Part shown: in pieces, positions 53,328-60,345 of the stretch | Numbering within the stretch: the stretch's first letter is position 1 | How the letters are laid out: each line of letters starts with the position of its first letter | IMG/VR virus record: IMGVR_UViG_3300048818_000054 | Coordinates: 20,451-84,450 of that record | Strand: one strand, 5' to 3' | DNA length: 64,000 nucleotides | DNA from: a virus | Program-made: the position numbers and the translations under genes | The notes under the pieces: generated by a model | Told to the model about the DNA's origin: nothing | Database searches by the model: none | Seen by the model: the letters and a program-made list of their open reading frames with translations, nothing else

Positions 53328-55721
53328 TCAGGCGGCGAGCTTCAGTTTCTTCAGGCTTGCGAGGTTCGGGCCGGCCTCCGCGTCCACAGTAAACTGTAGC
53401 TGCGGCTTCCAACCTACCTCATGAAGCGGTAGGTTTGCCATAATCTGAGCGGCCCGTCCAGCCCATAATTCGAAGTTGTCTTCCGGGACGTACGCGATCA
53501 AGGCGTCATGGATCATGGCGACGACCTCAATCTCCCCGTTCGGATAGGCTTGGTCGATAAGTGCGATGGCCCAGACCATCATATCGGTCAAGGTGCTCTG
53601 GACAGGGGCGTTGATGCCTTGGCGCTCGGCTTTGGCTCGTATCTCGCGATCCCATGATCGGATATGGGGCAAATGCCTGATACGGCCCAGCGGGCTTCTT
53701 ACGGCCTCGTGGGCGTTGACGATCGCCTTCTGGTCGTTATGGAACTCTAGCAGGCCGGGGTAAAGCTCAAAAAAGGCGTCCCGCATCTGCGTCGCCTCGG
53801 CAAGGGACAGGCGGATACCGTAGTTCGCCCAGCTATACGCCTGAAACCCTCCTGCCGACATGCCATAAATCAGGCCAAAATTTGCCGGCTTGGCATTGCC
53901 ACGGTGCTTGTCGAAAAGATCGGCTAAGGCTTTGTCTTCGTTGTCCTTCCACGTTAAGAATTCATGCAATGGCGTCTTGCTCAGCTTGGCCCCGGTGACG
54001 GCGTGAAGGTCCAGCCCGTCAAGGTAAGATTGCAGCATGGTCGGCTCGGGCGCGAGACACGCGACGATCTTCAACTCGCCTTGGCTATAGTCGATCGACA
54101 CGATGACCTTGCCGGGGGGAGCCGGATAGCAGGCGCGTATCTTCTTGGCCCACTTCGTCTTCTTCGGCATGATCTGGATTGCGGGCTCTTTGGCGCTCAA
54201 CCGCCCCGTCGTGGTGCCGCTCTCGTCGTCTTCGTCATCGTTCAGCCCGCCGTGGAAAAGCATATAGGTGGGGTGAAGCCTACCGTCCGGACGAAGGTGC
54301 TTGAGGAAACCCTCTACAAAGGTCGATAGCGTCTTGCCGGCCGTGTCCATGGTGGTTAGGGCGGTCACCATCGCAACGGCAGCGGGCACGTCTGCGAACT
54401 GGCGCAAATGGGACTTCGCCATCGATGGCACCTTCGCGCCGTTCTTGTCCGGCTTGGGCGTGAACTCTCGCGGCTTGAGGTTGAGGCCGTCCGTGGTAAA
54501 AAAGTAATCCTTGAGGATCGACGGTAGGAGCGGGCTCTTGCCATCCTCGATCTGATCGACAATGCGATCACGGAATTTCGTCAGCATCTTTTGCGGCAAC
54601 AGTTCCATCGCCGTCTTCTGCGCCTCGGCAATCACGACTCGAAGCTCGGAAGCCAGTTCCTTCGATTTTTCAACGTCAACGCACACCCCGCGCCGCTCGA
54701 CCTTTTCAAAGGCGCGCGCGCCGGGGTGAAGGATGGTGATATAGAACCTAGTCAGAGCGGCGTCGTCTGCTAGGTTATCTCGCAGCACGTCAGCGACCTG
54801 TTGCGCGGCGTCAGTATCTCCCCCGGCGTAACCCAAAAGCTTGTCGGTCGGCACGTCCTCCATGTGGGCTTTGTCGGTCGTCTTGTTGAACACGTCGTCA
54901 TAACCGCCCATGTCCGTATAAACCTTGGCGTGCAAGTTCAGGCTGTTGGACCGGTTTTCGTCAAGCAGCGTCCCGACCAAGAGATTGTCGAATTTGAAGT
55001 TCGTACAGGCGATCCCCCACTTCTCAAAAATCCAGTTCAAATCGAATTTCAGGTTCGACCCGCGAAGCTTCACCATGGGGCTCGTAAGCAGAAATTCTAT
55101 ATGACCGAGCGAAGGCGCCTTGATACGCGGCGTCCCCGGCTGCTTCCCAAGATAGAGCAAGTGAGCGGTGCGGGGCTTGGCTGTAAAACTGATCGAAAGA
55201 ATGTCTTTGTCGGGATACCATGGGTAAAGCCCCATCGTCTCCAAATCCATCGAAACGTCTACAGGTTTGTGCGTCCCGGCATGAGTGTGAATTACATAGT
55301 CCACAACTTCTTGAAGATCGGCTGCCCACTTGTAATCTCCTAGGCTAGGTTCAAACGAGCAGGTACGGAGAAACCGGACGGCAAGGCGCACGTCCCATTC
55401 GATCAATTCTCGCGTCGAAAAAACAGTCTGCGTCAAGCCGGGGTCGAACGTCACAAGGTAAGTCCCGCCGCCCGGCGAGGCTATCGGCACCCCGCGCATT
55501 GACGTGACGGTCTTGTTCTTGGGGACCAAGCCGGCGAGGCGCAGCACGTTCAGGCAATGGTTACCGCATACAAGCACAACTTCAAGCGTTGCCGGATTTG
55601 GCAGGCTCTCGTCAAACTCTATGAAGTGGTGAGGGGGAACGTCAGGCCGGTAGTTCTTTAGAATAGGCCCGAAAACTTTCTGCACCGTGGGCGATGCAGC
55701 CGAAGTCCAAATCTTTAGCAA
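53328..55721 (-). CDS. DNA polymerase family A with 3'-5' exonuclease and degenerate UDG-like N-terminal domain
   Basis: MDLET, YAGGD, TGRLSAKEPAIQ, IDYSQGELK, AKPANFGLIYG, IHDAL. Confidence 0.95.
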   Translation of the reverse strand: MLKIWTSAASPTVQKVFGPILKNYRPDVPPHHFIEFDESLPNPATLEVVLVCGNHCLNVLRLAGLVPKNKTVTSMRGVPIASPGGGTYLVTFDPGLTQTVFSTRELIEWDVRLAVRFLRTCSFEPSLGDYKWAADLQEVVDYVIHTHAGTHKPVDVSMDLETMGLYPWYPDKDILSISFTAKPRTAHLLYLGKQPGTPRIKAPSLGHIEFLLTSPMVKLRGSNLKFDLNWIFEKWGIACTNFKFDNLLVGTLLDENRSNSLNLHAKVYTDMGGYDDVFNKTTDKAHMEDVPTDKLLGYAGGDTDAAQQVADVLRDNLADDAALTRFYITILHPGARAFEKVERRGVCVDVEKSKELASELRVVIAEAQKTAMELLPQKMLTKFRDRIVDQIEDGKSPLLPSILKDYFFTTDGLNLKPREFTPKPDKNGAKVPSMAKSHLRQFADVPAAVAMVTALTTMDTAGKTLSTFVEGFLKHLRPDGRLHPTYMLFHGGLNDDEDDESGTTTGRLSAKEPAIQIMPKKTKWAKKIRACYPAPPGKVIVSIDYSQGELKIVACLAPEPTMLQSYLDGLDLHAVTGAKLSKTPLHEFLTWKDNEDKALADLFDKHRGNAKPANFGLIYGMSAGGFQAYSWANYGIRLSLAEATQMRDAFFELYPGLLEFHNDQKAIVNAHEAVRSPLGRIRHLPHIRSWDREIRAKAERQGINAPVQSTLTDMMVWAIALIDQAYPNGEIEVVAMIHDALIAYVPEDNFELWAGRAAQIMANLPLHEVGWKPQLQFTVDAEAGPNLASLKKLKLAA

Positions 55722-55741
55722 GGCGTGCTCCTAGGCGAGCG

Positions 55742-56143
55742 TCAAGCTGCCAGAGCCCACACGTCATCGCGGCCCTTATAGAAGCTGCGTGAGACGCCTT
55801 TGTCAAGCGCGGCGAGCGCTACTTCGAGACTTTCTGGACGATGCTTTTCCAACCAACCGTTGAACTGCTCCATCTTCGCCAGATTAAGCGCATGGATCGA
55901 AATTTCTACTCCGTTCACCGCGACAAGAAACCCAAGGTTGCCGAGCACGCTCACGATAACCATCGTGCAGCCTTTCGCGACGTGGGAACTCTTGACCTTC
56001 ATGGTGAGGCGGACAGGAAGGTCGCCAAGCACGACCTCTCGCGAAACCTCGCCCGTTACCATGCCGGTGTTGCGATTGTGAAACACCTTCATGGCGAGCG
56101 CATCCGCGATGGCGTATATCGAATGCTGGTTCACAACTTCCAT
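55742..56143 (-). CDS. hypothetical protein
   Basis: ORF with plausible RBS. Confidence 0.55.
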   Translation of the reverse strand: MEVVNQHSIYAIADALAMKVFHNRNTGMVTGEVSREVVLGDLPVRLTMKVKSSHVAKGCTMVIVSVLGNLGFLVAVNGVEISIHALNLAKMEQFNGWLEKHRPESLEVALAALDKGVSRSFYKGRDDVWALAA

Positions 56144-56337
56144 TTGATTGATCCCTTGTAGTTGGCGGCTGACCATTTACCGAGCGTCGCGCCAAGATAG
56201 GTCACGACAAAATCAGCCGTAACGCCCACTTGTGCGGTGCAGAGCAGCTTGACCGGTTCGTCCGTTAGGGCAGGGAAGGGCGACGGCGTTTCCAGCCTAT
56301 CGCCAACTTTGAGGCTATTGAAAAACGAAACGTCCAA
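56131..56337 (-). CDS. hypothetical protein
   Basis: 68-aa ORF with GGAG RBS. Confidence 0.55.
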   Translation of the reverse strand: MDVSFFNSLKVGDRLETPSPFPALTDEPVKLLCTAQVGVTADFVVTYLGATLGKWSAANYKGSIKWKL

Positions 56338-56346
56338 AGGGGGCTC

Positions 56347-57246
56347 CTACTGCTTGAGGGCGATCTTGGCAAAGTCGGGGAACGGCGTGTCAATCGCGAT
56401 GCCGAGGCCCATAAGGATTGCGCCGAGCGTCTTGCGCGCGAGCGGTATATCGTTGGCGATGCCCAAATGAAGGCTGGCGTAATCTGGCTTGAAGGTATCG
56501 AACCCGACGCCGATAATTGCGTTCTTGTGGGCGAGCAGCTTCGGACCCTCGATCCGGATTGAAAGCTGAGCGCCGTTATACTTGACCGCGACGTTCACGC
56601 CCTCGCCTCTCGCAACCACGAAATATCGCGAGCCGGCCGAAGTGCCATGGACAGGCTGGTAAAGGTGCTCCGCGCTCTTGAGATTAATCGTTGGTCCGTT
56701 CATTATGTCGCCTTCCTTAGTCGCATATTTCATCGGGGCGGTGCTGGTCGCTTGGAACGTCTTGCTGGTCCCGAGCGGCATCGGCTTTTTGAGGAACGAT
56801 AAGTCCTGAGCGTCGAATACTTCGGCTGCATCGTCGGCCGTCAAATCGATGGGCTGAGACTTCAATTTCGGCAAGGTGCTGAGAATGCTTCCGGGGGCAG
56901 CCGGCTTAGCGAACAGTTCGTGAGCCTTTTCCATCTGCGCCTTGGCAACCGTATGGGCCTTGATCGCATAGGAGATTGACTCTTTCACGTAAGCGGCTAG
57001 AGACGTGTTCTTGACTATGGGAAGCTTATTCTTGGTATCCGCTTGCAGATGGGGCGATATTTCCGCTGCATGGACCAAGAGGCCGTTCGTGCGGTCGCAA
57101 AACCACAAGCCGCTCGGCTTCCAAAAGACAGCCAGACCGACCGCCCACATTTGCTTCAAATCTTTGTCGCTACCCGTGAGCCACTGGATATCGTTCCAAG
57201 CGGACTTTAGTTTCGTGGGAGCGTCTTTCTTAATGAACAAAGCCAC
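56347..57246 (-). CDS. hypothetical protein (own promoter, hairpin RBS)
   Basis: GTG start 7 nt after AGGAG. Confidence 0.75.
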   Translation of the reverse strand: MALFIKKDAPTKLKSAWNDIQWLTGSDKDLKQMWAVGLAVFWKPSGLWFCDRTNGLLVHAAEISPHLQADTKNKLPIVKNTSLAAYVKESISYAIKAHTVAKAQMEKAHELFAKPAAPGSILSTLPKLKSQPIDLTADDAAEVFDAQDLSFLKKPMPLGTSKTFQATSTAPMKYATKEGDIMNGPTINLKSAEHLYQPVHGTSAGSRYFVVARGEGVNVAVKYNGAQLSIRIEGPKLLAHKNAIIGVGFDTFKPDYASLHLGIANDIPLARKTLGAILMGLGIAIDTPFPDFAKIALKQ

Positions 57247-57247
57247 C

Positions 57248-57264
57248 AAAAACCTCCTGTTTCT
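57248..57264 (-). promoter_or_regulatory. hairpin RBS (CsrB-like loop)
   Basis: AGAAAC-AGGAG-GTTTTT (one G-U pair). Confidence 0.65.
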
Positions 57265-57278
57265 ATTGGCTTATTTAC

Positions 57279-57307
57279 AATATAGGCGTGATCCGAAGCG
57301 GTATCAA
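57279..57307 (-). promoter_or_regulatory. sigma70-like promoter
   Basis: TTGATA-17-TATATT. Confidence 0.65.
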
Positions 57308-57337
57308 GTAGCATTTGGGGGAATGGTGAACAGATCG

Positions 57338-58168
57338 TTAAGCCCCCCAAATATTGCTCTTGGACGTGACCGGGCAATAGCTGTCGATCACCCCATGTGA
57401 CGTGTCATAGCTGGTCTTGGACCCTGCGGAGTAGTTGTTGCCGGTGTATGGGGTAACTTCATTCTTCCCGGACTTGGCGGTCGTCTTGTAGCCCTTGTGC
57501 TTCAACTTCTTGCAACCAAACTCCTTGACCAGAAAATCGACTTGCGACGTGCTCTCTACCGCCGTCTTGCAGTAGTTCGTGCGGACATACTCGATAGCGT
57601 CGCTCTCTCCGTAGCGGGTGACCAGCGCGGCAAGGAACATACCGGTCCGCCCGTGTCCGCCCATGCAACCGCAATGGACTTTTCGGCCGGCGTCGATCTG
57701 CTTTTTGGTCCAGTCCACCAGCTTGTTGAATTCTTCCGGCTTGTCCGGGATGCCCATGTCGGGAATGCGGAACAGGACTTCATCGCCCTTCTTCCAAGGC
57801 CAATTGCGTTGCGTGAACCGCATGTCATAGGCGAAGCCGATATACACGTCGGCGTCTTGGACGATCGGCTCGGAGCACGACCCGCCATAGATCACCTTGT
57901 CGGTCCCCGGCAACGGCATAGCCGGATGCTTATGGTAGCAGCGGGAAAAGATGCCGGCGTAATTGTGAGACTGATACTTTGTGCCGGTGCCGCTGACGCC
58001 GTGATGCTTGGCAGACGCCAGTTCGAATTTCGAATAACGCTGTTCCGCGCCAGAGCGCCACGGTAGCACGCCTTGCGCGCTGTAAGCCGGGTCGTGGCTG
58101 TCTTGCGGACCTAGGCCACCGTCACGGTGCTTTTCAAATTCGTCCCATGTATCCAGATACTTTGCCAT
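57338..58168 (-). CDS. Cys-based (PTP/dual-specificity-like) phosphatase with N-terminal extension
   Basis: VHCGCMGGHGRTG (CX5R); TAATG-coupled start. Confidence 0.85.
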   Translation of the reverse strand: MAKYLDTWDEFEKHRDGGLGPQDSHDPAYSAQGVLPWRSGAEQRYSKFELASAKHHGVSGTGTKYQSHNYAGIFSRCYHKHPAMPLPGTDKVIYGGSCSEPIVQDADVYIGFAYDMRFTQRNWPWKKGDEVLFRIPDMGIPDKPEEFNKLVDWTKKQIDAGRKVHCGCMGGHGRTGMFLAALVTRYGESDAIEYVRTNYCKTAVESTSQVDFLVKEFGCKKLKHKGYKTTAKSGKNEVTPYTGNNYSAGSKTSYDTSHGVIDSYCPVTSKSNIWGA

Positions 58169-59256
58169 TATGCCGCTTCCTTTCGAATGATCTTCTTGAC
58201 GTAAACCGGACCGGCCTTGCCGGGCATAACCAGCAAGTGTTCCTTGATGAAATTCTTCTTGTCGAGCGCGACCTGCGCGGCGAAAGCTTCGGCCTTGGCC
58301 TTGGCGGCGGCGATGGCGGCCTTTGTTTCCGGCGTCATGCCATAGATTAAGGTCTGTTTCTTTATTTCGTTCGGATATTTTTGGACTGAGCCTTTCGCTT
58401 CCACCGTGTTCCAATCGACATAGGGGCCGATCGCGCCGGGGAAGTAATCGCGAACCCAAGCGGCCATCCCGGTCATTTCCGGGTTGACGTAGTGAGCCAT
58501 TTCCGGGTCGTGAAGGATGGTCTCAATCATCTGTCCGGAGCGCTGCAAATCGAGCAGCCGAACAATGTAACTTCCGTTATGGCCGAACAGCTTACCAGGC
58601 TTGTTAAAGATGGGAGCGCAATTGTGCGAGAGGGTCCAAATGGTATCGAGCATGATCTCTGCCGTAAACTCGCCGTTCACAAAACGGCCCATGCAATCGG
58701 CAATGTTGCCCCACTTAGGACCGCCGTAAGCGCCGCCCCAGATTGAATGATAGTAAGACCAGCGAAGCGCGTCGCATAGCGTCCCGATCGAACAATCCAG
58801 CGTGTTCTTGAGCAGGCGGTTGATAATGTCTTCCTCGCCGCCAGAGGCGGTAAGGAAGTTGGCGACCGGCGCTCCGAATTTTTCGGTTAGCTTCGGTCCA
58901 TCGGTCTGCTTCGAATGACTGTGGCGGGCCTCGCGAACGCATATGGAAAGCAAGTAATAAAACGAGCGGCGGGCCTTCTCGCCCATCATCGCATGGTAGC
59001 GCTGAACGAAGTCCAATTCGGCGGCCGGCAGCGGCTCCAACGGATGGCGCTTGGCCGAGATTAACGCCATGCCATGGTTCATGCCGTAAAACCAAAGGGC
59101 TTCACGTTCAGGGCTGGCAAGAGGCGTCTTGTCTTGAGAATGAAATTGCTTGTAGGCGGGGATCACCGAGGAAACGGGAACTGCCGACATATCGGCCGGT
59201 CGCGTCAAAGCGCGTGAATTGTGATAGGCCAAAGTGTTTTGTGGGTCTGTGAGCAC
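58168..59256 (-). CDS. uncharacterised helical protein in the PPDK/phosphatase cluster
   Basis: 362 aa; own promoter; motifs CVREARH, YGGPKW..IA, HNCAPIFNK. Confidence 0.75.
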   Translation of the reverse strand: MLTDPQNTLAYHNSRALTRPADMSAVPVSSVIPAYKQFHSQDKTPLASPEREALWFYGMNHGMALISAKRHPLEPLPAAELDFVQRYHAMMGEKARRSFYYLLSICVREARHSHSKQTDGPKLTEKFGAPVANFLTASGGEEDIINRLLKNTLDCSIGTLCDALRWSYYHSIWGGAYGGPKWGNIADCMGRFVNGEFTAEIMLDTIWTLSHNCAPIFNKPGKLFGHNGSYIVRLLDLQRSGQMIETILHDPEMAHYVNPEMTGMAAWVRDYFPGAIGPYVDWNTVEAKGSVQKYPNEIKKQTLIYGMTPETKAAIAAAKAKAEAFAAQVALDKKNFIKEHLLVMPGKAGPVYVKKIIRKEAA

Positions 59257-59263
59257 GCCGGAA

Positions 59264-59276
59264 AAACCTCCTGTTT
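59264..59276 (-). promoter_or_regulatory. hairpin RBS (CsrB-like loop)
   Basis: AAAC-AGGAG-GTTT. Confidence 0.6.
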
Positions 59277-59289
59277 ATCAGGCATTTAG

Positions 59290-59318
59290 AACATAGCATC
59301 TAGGAGGGTCGCGTTCAA
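59290..59318 (-). promoter_or_regulatory. sigma70-like promoter
   Basis: TTGAAC-17-TATGTT. Confidence 0.6.
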
Positions 59319-59337
59319 GCGGTAGTTTCTGCGATGG

Positions 59338-59835
59338 TTAAGAAAGTCCTAAAAACCATCCGAAGCGCTTGCGCCACGCCGCCCAGAAAAACCAACGCTG
59401 GATTTCTTCAACGGGGAAGGCGGCTACGTAATCGATCTGCTCTTCTGTCTCGCACGACCGGTCATCGTAATGCCAGCGGACGTAGCCGACCGGATTTCCA
59501 ATCCCGGCGACCTTGGCTAGGAGCGCAAGGAACAGACCGGTGCGGCCGATGCCGCCCATGCAGCCGACGTAAACTTTCTTGCCGTCCAGCATGGCTCGGA
59601 GCGCTTTCTTGAGGACCGAGACGACGGCTGACGTGTCCTGCGGAACCTGAAAGTCCTTGATTGGCAACCACGCATGGACGCCTTCGAACGGGACGCGCTC
59701 GGAGCGAACGCAAACGTTGAAGGTTCCGCCGACCGGGCGCGCGTCAAACGGGCCACCGTCGATATCGAAACGATACCAACCGCCGTCCCATTGAAAATAG
59801 AGAGGCATTGAATTTGTCAGTCTCTTATGAAGCAC
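59338..59835 (-). CDS. Cys-based (PTP/dual-specificity-like) phosphatase
   Basis: VYVGCMGGIGRTG; LPIKDFQVP; ET.EQ. Confidence 0.85.
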   Translation of the reverse strand: MLHKRLTNSMPLYFQWDGGWYRFDIDGGPFDARPVGGTFNVCVRSERVPFEGVHAWLPIKDFQVPQDTSAVVSVLKKALRAMLDGKKVYVGCMGGIGRTGLFLALLAKVAGIGNPVGYVRWHYDDRSCETEEQIDYVAAFPVEEIQRWFFWAAWRKRFGWFLGLS

Positions 59836-59836
59836 G

Positions 59837-59853
59837 CGAAACCTCCTGTTTCG
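59837..59853 (-). promoter_or_regulatory. hairpin RBS (CsrB-like loop)
   Basis: CGAAAC-AGGAG-GTTTCG. Confidence 0.7.
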
Positions 59854-59857
59854 TCAA

Positions 59858-60070
59858 TCACTTATAGCACATTTTGACAGCATCGCAAATGATATCGCCG
59901 TCAATGGTTAAGAGCCAATCCCTGAACCGCCAGTTCCCATATTCGCTTGTGACTGGCGAGGCGCGCCGTCCCATGGCGGCGAGGGTACGGGCGAACATGC
60001 CGCGCATCCCATCTTCCTTGGCGTGAGCGATGGCGTTATCCGACACGCGGTACACCCTGAACCTTGTCAT
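59858..60070 (-). CDS. hypothetical protein
   Basis: 70-aa ORF overlapping the CsrA-like gene end. Confidence 0.5.
   Translation of the reverse strand: MTRFRVYRVSDNAIAHAKEDGMRGMFARTLAAMGRRASPVTSEYGNWRFRDWLLTIDGDIICDAVKMCYK
59861..59888 (-). promoter_or_regulatory. sigma70-like promoter
   Basis: TTGCGA-16-TATAAG with TG extended -10. Confidence 0.5.
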
Positions 60071-60341
60071 AGCCGTTTTCCTCGCGCCATCTGTCGCCCT
60101 TTAAGATACGCATGGATTTGGGCGCGTCAATAACGACTCTCGCAATGCCGTGTTGCGGGCGGTCCCCGGACGAAATGAACACGTCAGGCATAATCTCTGT
60201 CGCCTCTTCCTCTCCGATCTTGAACATCTGGTCGCCGGCCGCGAGGGTGAAGGTGAAGCGTCCGGAGCGATACGCCACGAAAACCTGCTTGTCGGCAACA
60301 TAGAAATCGTCGCCTTCTCTGAGGCTGAGGGTGAGGGGCAT
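60036..60341 (-). CDS. CsrA/RsmA-like RNA-binding protein (with insertion)
   Basis: LTLSLREGDDFYVAD ~ CsrA LILTRRVGETLMIGD; ARVVIDAPKSMRILKGD ~ VRIGVNAPKEVSVHREE. Confidence 0.55.
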   Translation of the reverse strand: MPLTLSLREGDDFYVADKQVFVAYRSGRFTFTLAAGDQMFKIGEEEATEIMPDVFISSGDRPQHGIARVVIDAPKSMRILKGDRWREENGYDKVQGVPRVG

Positions 60342-60345
60342 GAGG

